A stretch of DNA of 64,000 nt, from assembly GCA_033442325.1 (NCBI GenBank), contig JAWQFM010000026.1, positions 880,147-944,146 on the forward strand. The letters run 5' to 3'. Source of the DNA: Salpingoeca rosetta (Eukaryota; Protista; Choanoflagellata). This document shows, piece after piece, positions 47,783-59,470 of this stretch (its first letter is position 1; every line of letters starts with the position of its first letter). The position numbers were made by a program, and so were the translations under genes. The notes under the pieces were generated by a model that saw only the letters and a program-made list of their open reading frames with translations, ran no database searches and was not told where the DNA came from.

Positions 47783-50700
47783 ATGACACTGCGCTTGCCG
47801 TCACCACCAGAGCTCGACTCAGATGAGGAGGAGGAGGAAGACGTGCCACGCGTGGCGAAGGCACGCCTCCGCGTCATCTCTGGCGCCACCCCGGGCGAGT
47901 TTGACCTGTTCGAAGGTGAGCGTGCGTGTTACAGCAAGCGCTGGCACCATTCCGTTGACGACACGCCTACGCACAACCGCATCAGTGGTACCACTGCTGC
48001 TGGGGTCACTGCTGTTGCGGAGCCGCTCAAACGCATTCCTCACTCGCCCACCTCTTCCCCCTTCCACGTTCCTCCACCTTTCAAACAGGCGACAACATCG
48101 TTGGACGGCAAACTGCAGTGGATGCGCAGGTGAAGCTGGACAACAGCTACGTCTCGGAGCAGCATGCGAAGATCAGCATCGACAACACGGATGTCATCAC
48201 CCTCACTGATCTGGGCAGCACCTCCCACACTTACGTCAACAAGCGCAGCAAGGTACGTACAACTGTGCGTGCGATACGACTGCCTGTGCGTGTGTCAGTG
48301 CAAGCGAGACGTGCGCATTGGCTACACCTTCAGTGTCCATGCTCTCTCACTCACGTCGTCGCTTGACGTTGTCGCTTGCGTGACTTCCGCACACGACCTT
48401 GAACAGCGCAACCGGTTGAAGAAGGACGAGCCGCGTGTCCTCGACCATGAGCAGGTACGCGTATGTGTGCGGGTGTGTGTGTGTATGCATGCATGTATAT
48501 GCATCTGTGTGTTCACGTGCGTTCCCCTACTGAACCTCAACACCGCCCTGTCTGCCTTCACACTCCACAACCACCTTCTCTGCACCGCACTCCTTCTGCA
48601 TGCTGTTGGGACAGCTCGTGTTCTTTGCAGACGTCAAGGCGCAGCTCCTCGTCGTTCCCCAGAGGCCAGGAACGCCGCCGCTGCAGGTGCATATGTGTGT
48701 GCATGTGTGTGTATGTGTGCATGTGTGTGTCATCGCCGGGCTGTACTGTCTCCCTGCTCACATTTTGCTCGTGTGGTGTGATGATGTGACTTCATGTTCT
48801 TGGTTCGCACTGACCAGCTCGCCGAAGAGGACGAGGAAGAAGAAGGAGAGGACAGCGGAAAGCCAACGCCTGCTGCAGCGAAGCCCGAACCAACAGCGCC
48901 CATGGAACCAACAGCGCCCATGGAACCAACAGCGCCCATGGAACCAACAGCACCCATGGAACCAACAGCACCCATGGAACCAACAGCACCCATGGAACCA
49001 ACAGCACCCATGGAACCAACAGCGCCCATGGAACCAACAGCACCCATGGAACCAACAGCACCCATGGAACCAACAGCGCCCATGGAACTAACAGCACCCA
49101 TGGAACCAACAGCACCCATGGAACCAACAGCGCCCATGGAACCAACAGCACCCATGGAACCAACAGCGCCCATGGAACCAACAGCGCCCATGGAACCAAC
49201 AGCACCCATGGAACCAACAGCGCCCATGGAACCAACAGCGCCCATGGAGGCCACGGTTCCTGCTGTTGCACCAACGCTGCCGCTGCCGCGTGGTGTGCAG
49301 CCAGGCGTGGACGATGAGGCAACGCAGGTGCTTGGTGACTATGGCGATGACGCGGCGACGCAGATCATTGGCACCCCTCCTCGTGGTGTTGACACGTCCA
49401 CAGCAGCGTACGATGCTTCCACCCTCATGCAACGCTCACCCGCACGCCACAAACGCACACTTGCAACAGCAGTGGCAGCAGCAATGGACACGAGCGGGGA
49501 CACCAACAACAACAACGATGATAAAGATGATGATGCTGATGATGACGACACGACAGATGACGAGAGGCGCGATGCAACCAAAGACAACGACGCTGGTGAT
49601 GGGGGTGATGGTGATGGTGATGGTGATGGAGGTGGCCTTACGTCGTTCAGTCGCATCAGCCAGCTGCAGTTGAAACGATCAGCACGACCAGCACCACCAT
49701 CACTGCCATCGCCTGCTGGGACTGTACGGGCGAACCAGCAGACAGCCGCTGGCGACGATGGTAGCGGTGGTAGTGGTGATGGTGATGGTGATGGTGATGA
49801 TGGGACCGAAGAGGAGAAGAAAGGCCAGCACGAGCAAGGTGATAGGAAGAAGAAGGAGGAAGCGGCTGGTGTGAAGGGCCAGGAGGCAACGGAAGAAGGG
49901 GGCGTGGCAACCGAATCAATGGTAGATGAAACGCAGACTCGGCAGCAGGAGGCTGGTGAGGGCTCCACAGCCCAGCGGTCCTCACTGCAGTCCTCCACAC
50001 AGTCTTCCCGTGTCGAGTCGCCAACAAAAGCGCGCCCGAGCTTGGTTCGCGACCGGTCTGTCACAACGAAGCTGCTCGAGGCGTCTGCCACCGCATCCAA
50101 GCCAAAACACGAACGCAAGGTGCAGTGCGAGTGTGTGTGTGTGTGTGTGTGTGCGTGTGCGTGTGTGTGTGTGTGTATGTGTCTGCAAAGCACTCACTCT
50201 GCATGGGTGTGCTTACGTGGTTGCTATTTGATCTCTTATTCCCCTTCTACAGCTGCCTGGGTTCTTCTCCTCCCCCGCCACCAGCCCTGCCAAGACCAGG
50301 AAGAGCAAAGCCCGCACAAATGCAGCACCAGACTGGGAGACCGTTCCCCTCACGCAGGTGGGCTGCTGCCGTGCACCAGCGGGGGAGTGTCTCTGGTTGT
50401 GCGAATGCTTTCAGTGGGTGGTTTCGTGCTGCCGTGTTCGCGAGAGTATCGCTTGCTTGCTTTTGGTAGTGCCTGTATTCCTTTTTCCCTCTCACCAACA
50501 CTGCCCCCCCCCCACACACGCACGCACACAGATAATGCCGCGGGATGTTGAAGAGATGACAACAGCAGAATTGCGGACGGTGTTGCGACGGCTGGGCGCC
50601 AAGCGATCAGGTGATGATGATGATGTTGTTGATGACGGTCATGGTGTTTGAGCAGCGCACACCAATGAACCATGCACACGTCACATCCTCATCACACACA

Positions 50701-53700
50701 CACACGCACACACAAGTCTGCACATGAATCAATGCACACAGACAAACACACACACGACTGCACGCGTGCTCACTGCTGTTGTGCGCGTTGCTGGCGTTGC
50801 AGGGGTGAAGGCAGAGCTGCAGGACCGGCTGATGGATGAGTTGGAGGTACTCAAAGACAGCACAGGCGGTGACGACCAGAGCGAAGAAGGCGGTGAGACG
50901 GGTGAAGGGGAACAGGAAGGCAATCATGGAGATGAAGTGCAGCAAAAGCAAGCCAAGCCGTTATCCCAATCACCACCACCACCACCACCACCACCACCAG
51001 CCACAGCTACAACCACAGCAGCAACATCATCGACCACGACGAGCCTGCGTCGGTCTGGTCGCGCTGCGGGGCGGAAAGCGCTTTCGAAGATCAAGGACGT
51101 GGTGAAGGAAGAGCGAAGGAGAGGAGGGGGAGGTTATGGAGATGATGATGGCGATGGTGAAGACAGCGACACGGACGGGGGTGGCGATGGCACGGATACG
51201 GGCGATGATGACGATGAAGAGGAGGAGTTTGTGGCGCACGTGAGCGAAGAAGATGATGACGAGGAGGAGGAAGAGGAAGAAGAGGAGGAGGAGGAAGAAG
51301 CGGGGCGTGTTGCAACGATGAACGACAGCTTGGTGCAGGAGCTGCTGTCCAACAGGCAGGAGGAGAATGCAGACAACAAGGAAGCCAAGACTGCCGCGGC
51401 AGCAGCAACACGAAGGCATGCAGCGGACAAAGGAGAGAAGGAAAAGGTGGAAAAAGCAAAGGAAGGGAAGCAAGTCGCTCGTGGTGGTGAAGATGAAGAG
51501 GGAGATGTGACAGACATGGAGGAGGAACATGAAGAGGAGAAAGAGGAAGAGCACGAGGAGCGGGCTGCAGGAAAGGCATCACAACAGGCAGAGAAGAAGC
51601 AACTGCAGCAACCAGCACCAGTCGAGACCCAACGTGTGCCACAGCAAGGGGAGCAGGCAGCGGGTGGCGGCCAGGTCGTGGCCAGGACGACAACCGGGGC
51701 TGAGAAGGAGGAGGAGGACAAGGAGGAGGAGGATGAGAACTCGCTACTCACAGGCATGATGATGATGGATGAAGATGACGGTGATGGTGGTGAGCGCGAG
51801 GCAATGAACATGACCGCGTCCACAACGAGTGGCGACGAGACGACGATGCTTGTTCCGCCATCTGTGTTCAACACGACGCCACCATCCTTTGATCGAACGA
51901 CCAGCAGTGAGGGAGATGCGTCGTTCCAGGCGCCCTTGCCCCACGTGCACGCTGATGGCACACCACAAGCAGCGACAGCACCAGTACCAGGTAAAGGGGT
52001 GGCAGCAGCCGTTGCCGGGTCACCGCTCGCACGCGTACACACGTCCGCAAGTGATGCTGATGCCGGCACAGCAACGAAGAAAGACGACACAGGGATTGCC
52101 GAGGGGCACGATGCACACAACCACGAGCAAGAACAGCAGAAACCAGAAGAAGACAAAGAGGAGGAGGAGGAGGAGGAGGAGGAGGAGGAGGAGGAGGAGG
52201 AGGAGGAGGAGGAGGAGGAGGAGGAGGAGGAGGACGATGACATGGAAACGCAGGGCTTCGACGTGACGCGAGGGCTACTGGAAACCACAACAGCGAGTGA
52301 TGACAGTGGCTGGCTGCGTCCAATGCAGCAGAAGGAAGGAGACGGGGGAAAGGGAGGTGTGGGCGAGGCCCGGAAGCAGGAGGAGGAGGAGGAGGAGAAG
52401 GTCGAGAAGGCGCCTCAGGCCACGGGCGATGGTGACGTTGGTAGTGGTCATGGGAACGGCACACAAGAGACGTTTGTTCGCGACACTGCGCCCCCTTCCA
52501 TGCAACAACAGCAGCAGCGACAACAAGAGGAGGAGGGCAGCGGTGACGTGTCGACACATTCACCAGCAACTGCAACTGGGACAACGGCGCAGGCAGATGT
52601 GACCTCAACACCAAGCGTCACAACAGCGTCTGTAAGTCGTGACGGCGACGAGGCTGTGGCCGAACTGATGCGATTGCATCACGGTGACAGTGCGGCGGTG
52701 ACGCAATCGTCCACGCCCACCTCAACCGCTGCGAGCAAGCGGTCAACGCGGCACGCAAGCAGCAGTGGCGGTGATGAAGAGGGAGAGCCTACTGTGGGTG
52801 TGGCGGGAGAACAGACCAAGAGGACCACACCCCCTGCCGGTCATCACGAGCGGCAGCAGCAGCAGCAGCAGGCAAAGGGGTGGATGCAGCGGCTTCGCGC
52901 ACCAGGTGCGTTTGGTGTTGGTGCTGGTGGTGTTGAGAGCACGAACATCACAACAGACCTGCCAAGTGGTGTGGCAACTGCAGCAGCGTCAACCAAAGGG
53001 ACGCCAAGGCGTACCGGTGGTGGTGGTGAGGTGGGGATGCTTGACTTGAGCACGATTCCGCCAGATGTGGCAGAAGAAGAAAGTGAGAGACAGGACGAAG
53101 ATGAAGGGGTGAAGAAAGGCGGTGGCGGTGTGATTGCATCCACGCCAATTGGGCGAGCAGGAAAGCGGAAGGCAGCAGAGGAGGAGGAGAAAAATGTGGG
53201 TGGGAGCACGAAAGACGTCGGGGTCGCAGAGGACGAGGAAGAGGGCGAAGATGAAGGAGCAGGGCAGGATGAGCCTGTGCCAAAACGGGCGCACAGGGGA
53301 GGAGGACGGCTGCATCTGTCGCTCAATCTCGGGCCCGATGATGAGAAGACGGACGACGAGGAAGAAGAAGGTGAAGGTGAAGAGGATGAGGAGCAGGAGG
53401 AAGTGAGGCAGGTAAAGCGAGGGAAGGGCACGAAACAAGCAGAAACGAAGGGGAGAGGGAAGGGAAAGCAAACGAGAGCGGTGAGACGGACAGCACGAGG
53501 TAAGCGGCAGCACGGCGATGAAGGCGAGGAAGCAGCAGCAGTTGTTGGTGGCGGCGATGGTGGCGATGGAGGGAGGCAGCCAGCGAAACGAAGCAAGAGC
53601 CAGGCGAAGGAAGAGGAGGTGGCTGAGGACGAAGGGGCCGAGGAGACTGAGGATACTGGTGCGCGGAGACGAGGAGGAAGGCGGGTAACGCGGCGACAGA

Positions 53701-54183
53701 GCACAGCGAGGGCGAAGGCGGCAATGAAGAAGACACGGACAAGCACACGGGGGAAGAGGAAGAAGAGCGCAGAGGAAGAAGAGGAAGCAGAAGAGGAAGC
53801 AGAAGAGGAGGTGATGATGAAGGAGGAGGAGGAGGGAGAGGAAAAGACAACAACAGCAGCAGCAACACGGCAAAGTCGAAGGGGCAGTAGCCGTGGCAGC
53901 ACACAGAAGAAGAAGGCAAAGCAAGAAGGAGTGGGAGAGGAAGAAGACACGAAGCAAGAGAAGAAGCAGAAGGGAAAGAAGGGGAAGGCAGCACTGGATG
54001 AGGCAACGACAACAAGTGCTGGCGATGCTGGTGCAGACAACATTGTTGTCATGTTTACTGGCATCGAAGACCCATCTGTGGAGTGAGTCATTGAAATGCT
54101 CATGCGCGCGCGTGTGTGATGCGTGTGTGTGTGCGTGCGTGTGTGTGTGTGGGTGTGTGTGTGTGTGATGCGTGTGTGTGTGA

Positions 54184-54231
<48 letters not shown>

Positions 54232-54532
54232 TGTGGTCGTGGCGACCCGCTGTTCACCTCTACCGTCGCTGCCACCACCACCTCACATGTGCACACGCCA
54301 AACTTCCGCCTCCAACCTCGCCATTACTCCTTCAGACGGAAGATCAAGCAGCTGGGCGGACGCGTTGTGAAGAGCGGCACCGACTTCAACGTTCTGTTCA
54401 CGGACGGCGTCCACCGCACTGTCAAGTTTCTCGCTGCCCTTGCACGCGGTGTTGCTGTTGTCGGCTATCCCTGGATCAAGGCCAGCACCTCCCGCACAGG
54501 GTTTGCAGGTAGAGAGAGAGTGTGTGTGTGTG

Positions 54533-54580
<48 letters not shown>

Positions 54581-54942
54581 CGTGAGAGTGTGTATGCGTG
54601 TGTGTGTGTGTTTGGAGTAGGAAGTGGGGTTTTCAGCCATAGCTGAAACGTATCGCACTCGCTTGTTGATTTTCGCCTGCTTCATCGCCTGCTCCAATGC
54701 TCGTGTCATGTTGCTGTCCGCGTCCTCACCCAATGGGCGCACGCAAACACATGTACACAGATCCAATGAATCATCTGTTGAGCGATCGCGCAGCCGAGCG
54801 AAAGTTCAAGTTCAAACTTCGCGGCGCAATCACGGCTGCGCGCAGCAGTGGCGGTTTGTTGTCTGGACTTTCGGTCCACATCACCAAAGGCGTCAAACCG
54901 CCGCCAAAGGACATGCAGACCATCATCGAGGCAGCCGGTCAG

Positions 54943-55008
<66 letters not shown>

Positions 55009-55466
55009 ATGTGTGTGTGTGTGTGTCCGCTCGGAGATGTCCTCACTGTGCGCAATCCATTCCATCCCCACCCCCATCATCACCACCAACAACAGGCGGC
55101 TCGTGCGTGCCGCTGTCATTGCTTCCGCCGGATGGCATCATCGTGACCACGCCACGCGAGGCCAAGCGGCTCAGGAAGGACCACCCAGACGCGGTACGGA
55201 ACGCACACGTTTGCTGCTGCTGCTGCTTGTATGTGTATGTGTGTGCTTGTGCGTGTGTGTATGTGTGTGTCTTCCTGTCTCTGTTCTAAGGGGCTCCCTA
55301 TGCACCTCCGCTATCACATTCTCGACAGATTTCAATCGTCCCCTCACATGTGTACGCCCTCCCCCCCCTAACCCTTTTTGTGCCATTGCAGGCGTTTGTC
55401 TCTTCTGAGTTTGTGCTCACGGGCATTTTGCGACAGGAGGCAGATACAGAGGCACACAAGATCTGA
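47783..55466 (+). CDS. MDC1: MDC1-like DNA-damage mediator: N-terminal FHA, 6-aa tandem repeat, SAP motif, long acidic disordered region, C-terminal tandem BRCT
   Basis: FHA: NIVGR...VSEQHAKI...LTDLGS..HTYVN. Tandem BRCT: VMFTGIED...KQLGG...LFTDGVHRTVKFLAALARG...W...ERKFKFKL...ITKGVKPPPKDMQTIIEAAG|G...SEFVLTGILRQE, closely parallel to the human MDC1 BRCT pair as recalled. TGA at 55464-55466. Confidence 0.82.
48887..49246 (+). repeat. Coding minisatellite, 20 x 18 bp (GAACCAACAGCRCCCATG), encoding (EPTAPM)20
   Basis: Read directly from the sequence. Units differ only at a synonymous GCG/GCA position and in one CCA>CTA (ELTAPM) unit. Confidence 0.97.
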
Positions 55467-55469
55467 TCC

Positions 55470-55522
<53 letters not shown>

Positions 55523-55767
55523 GCTTCATTGTCATCTTCATGGGCTTGCGCTCGTTAGAATGAGTGCGATGCGTCTTTGCTCTTGTGTTCATTACTGTCA
55601 GCGTGAGTTGCTGTCGATTTGCGGCTGGTGATTGTTTAAACGGCGCTTATCCAAGCGAGCACGAGCAGCAATCGCCAAGTCATGAATAAGCCGGCGCGCA
55701 CGTGTTCACAAGCAGGTCGTGGGGCGCGCGCGCACACACACACACACGTAGCGTATTGCTTGCTTGT

Positions 55768-57132
55768 CTATTGCTCCTGCAGTTGCTTGAGGGCGGTGGT
55801 GCGGAGACGATCAAAGCTCACATCGCCGCCGTCCTCAAGCGCGTGCGCCAAGATGATGTGTTCGCCACGCGTGTAGAAGTACCCGGTGAACGGCGTTGCT
55901 GTCAACCAAGAAAACGAGCAAACAGAAGCAAAGACAGCTTGAGGGTGAGTCAACCTGGCTGAGGGGGACCAGATACAATGGCTGACTTGGTATCTGGAGC
56001 AGGACATACACATACACACACGCACACACACACACACACCTGCCAGGAGGCGCGGAAACCAGATGTGATCGTCAACCCACATGTGGTGAAACGGAATGGC
56101 GTCGACATCAAACCACTCTGGCCGCATCTGTCGTGCATGTGAACATCATGTCGGTTACAACATCAGACATGCGAAATGAAAGCGACGGCAACTTGATATA
56201 CTTTTGTGCAGTCCGAACAACAGTGGCATCGTCCTATCGTCGTCAGTGCTTGCAAGCAACTGTGAAGGCATGAGGCTAGGGCTATGTAAACTTCTGTGAG
56301 CACCTCTTCTGACTCCTGCGCGTTGCCCGTCCAAGCGGTCGCTTCGAAGACGTGCACATGAAGCACTTTCGGGCTGCCCTCAAACTCGTAGTAGAGTTGG
56401 CCACGCGGCACCATTGTCTGCGCATCCAAGGAACTCTCCTATCATGAGCGTGTGTGCAGGCAGGCAAGCAGGCAGCACGAGGAAGCTGAGTTGAGTTGTC
56501 TGTGAGCAAGTCAAGCGCCGGGGGGTGGCAGGTCTGCAGAGCCGTGCATGGAATCGGCTATTAGGCTTCTTGACTGCTCGGCTGCTGTGCGGTGTAGCGG
56601 TGTGCTATGAGGAGGACGCGAAGTGAGCAAAACCTCTTTGAGTTCGCGAATGGCGGCCTGCTCCACTGTTTCCCCAGGCTCCAGCTTCCCGCCTGTCAAG
56701 AGGCAGTGGCAGTGCAAGTGAAGAAGAGAGCAAGCACGTAAGTGTGTGTGCGCATCTACACGTAGAGGTGAGCAGGTGTGAGTGAGCAAGAGACCTAGAG
56801 AGGCTGGGCTTGTGTGAAGGACGTAAGCACACCCACACACATGCACACACACACATGCACACACACATGCACACACACATGCACACACACATACACACAC
56901 ACATACACACACACACACACACACACATGCATGCACACTGACCGAATCCGTTGAACCTGTCGGATCCAAAGCCGCGCTTCTTCATGCCAAGGAGTACGCG
57001 CTTCCGCGGCAACCCCACACCCTCTCCGTTGCCATTATCATCGCCATCACTGAACACAAACACGAGTGTGAGGTCCTTCATCCACAGGTCGTCCGCTGGT
57101 GTCGCGACGCTGGATTGCTCTTTGTCTGCCAT
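55768..57132 (-). CDS. NUDT1: MTH1-type 8-oxo-dGTP/2-OH-dATP diphosphatase (Nudix), copy A, 5 exons
   Basis: [18 protein letters not shown]|[19 protein letters not shown]|ES (Nudix box), ESEE|MRPEWF...IPF..MWVDD..WFP. TAG at 55768-55770. Confidence 0.94.
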
Positions 57133-57432
57133 CTTCCTTGTCTTGTGCAGAACAGGTGTTACAGTGCAGGTGTTGTTGCGCAGTTATGACAACGCAGGTT
57201 CAGATTTGAATTGGACGCTCCAACACTCCTTTGTGAGTTTCAAGGTGCTGTCCTTCTGCCTCCAACTTGATGTTTTCGTTTACAAGTCTGACAAGTTAAG
57301 AAGTCATGACGGTCGCCCTCGCCACTTCTTCTGTGAAGGCCCGAGACGACACGCGTGTCGCACACGCACACACATGCACACACACACACACACACACACA
57401 TGTATACACGCACGTATGTATTGCTTGCTTGT

Positions 57433-57687
57433 CTATTGCTCCTGCAGTTGCTTGAGGGCGGTGGTGCGGAGACGATCAAAGCTCACATCGCCGCCGTCCT
57501 CAAGCACGTGCGTGAGAATGGTTTGCTCGCCGCGGAACAGGAAGTACCCGGTGAACGGTGTCGCTGTGGTTGATGGGCGAGGGAGGAGTGTGCAGCATTA
57601 CATTTGTGCGTGAAGGAAGAACAAGAAATGGCAAAGGCGTCAGTGTGGTGTATGTAGTGAAAGGGGGAAGGGGTGCAGGGAGACATG

Positions 57688-57722
<35 letters not shown>

Positions 57723-59010
57723 TGTAAACATGCACCCGCACGTGAAAGCACATGCATACGCACACACCTGCCAAGAGGCGCGGGAACCAGAAGCGGTCGT
57801 CGGCCCACATGCGGTCGAAGGGGATGGAAGCAACGTCAAACCATTCTGGACGCATCTGCCCAGCACAAGCGCACATCACAGCATGAGGAATTGTCCGCAG
57901 TAACATTACATGTAAACGTACACACAGAGCCACGCACACATTGACAGACACAAACATACACACAGAGACACAGGCACATAGACAGACACACACACACACA
58001 GAGTCACACAGACAGACAGACAGACACACACACACACAGACACAGACAGACAGACACTCACACACAAACAGACACACACTCACGCAAACTACCCCCCCCC
58101 CCCCCCCCCCCCCAAAAAAACACACACACACGGCACCTCGTCAGATTCGGCGGCGTCCCCAGTCCAAGCGGTGGCTTCAAACACGTGCACGTGCAGCACT
58201 TTTGGGCTGCCCTCAAACTCAAAGTAAATCTGGCCCCGGGGCTCCATCGCCTGCGCATCCAAGAAGCTCTCCTGCATACGCGATGGCAAGCAGGCCAGTG
58301 CAAAGGAATGAGTGTGGCAAAGCTTCACTGAGTTTGAAGCAGGGCTCCACCCACATCGCCGTTGCTTGAGTGTCAGTGATTGTCCCTCTTGGCCGATTCA
58401 CGAATACACTTGACAGACCTCCTTGAGTTCACGGACGGCGCCCTGCTCCACGGTCTCCCCGGGTTCAACCTTTCCGCCTGCCATGCAGTGGAAGCAAGGG
58501 AGTGAGGTTGTGCGCGCACGTGTCTGCAGGTGTAAGCAGGCAAGCAAGAGTAGGACACTGGACTCGTATGGAGAAAACACACACACACACACATACACGC
58601 ATGCATACACACACATACACACACACGCACACGTACAAGCACACACACATACACACACACATACACACACACGCACGCACAGTTGTACGCACACACAAGA
58701 ACACACACTCACACACACACACACACACAAGCACACACAAGCACAAACACACACACAAACACACACCCACACACATGCACACACATGCACACACATACAC
58801 ACACACACATGCACACTGACCGAACCCGTTGAACCGGTCGGACCCAAAGCCGCGCTTCTTCATGCCAAGGAGTACGCGCTTTCGCGGCAACCCCACACCC
58901 TCTCCATCGCCAACATCACCACCATCACCCCCGCCACTGAACACAAACACGAGTGTGAGGTCCTTCATCCACAGCTCGTCCGCTGGCGTCAAGTTTCCCT
59001 GTTGCGCCAT
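57433..59010 (-). CDS. NUDT1: MTH1-type 8-oxo-dGTP/2-OH-dATP diphosphatase (Nudix), copy B, 5 exons
   Basis: Same exon structure as copy [20 protein letters not shown]|[13 protein letters not shown]|[19 protein letters not shown] at 57433-57435. Confidence 0.94.
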
Positions 59011-59079
59011 CGCGTCAGTCTCGTTTATATCTTCAGCTACTTTTCCGAACTGCCCTCCAAACCAAACAAACAGGTGAAG
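59011..59079. promoter_or_regulatory. Putative bidirectional promoter between NUDT1 copy B and BPI-like 2
   Basis: 69 bp separate the divergent ATGs. TATA-like GATATAAAC on the minus strand. Confidence 0.5.
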
Positions 59080-59433
59080 ATGGCTCGTTTGTCGTGGCGC
59101 GGCAGCGCTGGCTTGGTGCTGGCGGTGGTCATGGCGGTGGTGAGTGGCAACGTGCAGCCTGCGATGGCTGTGCCGCTGGAGACAATGAGGCTGGACGGTT
59201 CTGCTGATGTGACAGCGGTGTCCCAGGACACGGAGACAGCGGTTGTTGCTTCATCCGCTGCAAACAAGACGGTGGCAAATGTCGGCGTTGTGCTTCCCAC
59301 CGCAACCGTGAACGCCGTGGTTCAGGCAGTCGAGCCTGCATTGGCTGAGCTCCTGACAAAGATCGAACTTCCCACGTGCTGGTGCGAGAACACTTGCGAA
59401 TCGCTTGCGTGTGTGTGTATGGTGTATGGTGTA

Positions 59434-59470
<37 letters not shown>

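Noticed and set aside
48887-49246. Regular short direct repeats resembling a CRISPR array
   Set aside because: There are no spacers and no cas genes; it is an in-frame coding minisatellite in a eukaryotic gene.
51134-54296. Long antisense ORFs (384, 419 and 435 aa) opposite the MDC1-like exon, and similar ones opposite Piezo and the kinase
   Set aside because: Expected shadows of GC-rich, low-complexity coding sequence; no recognisable motifs.
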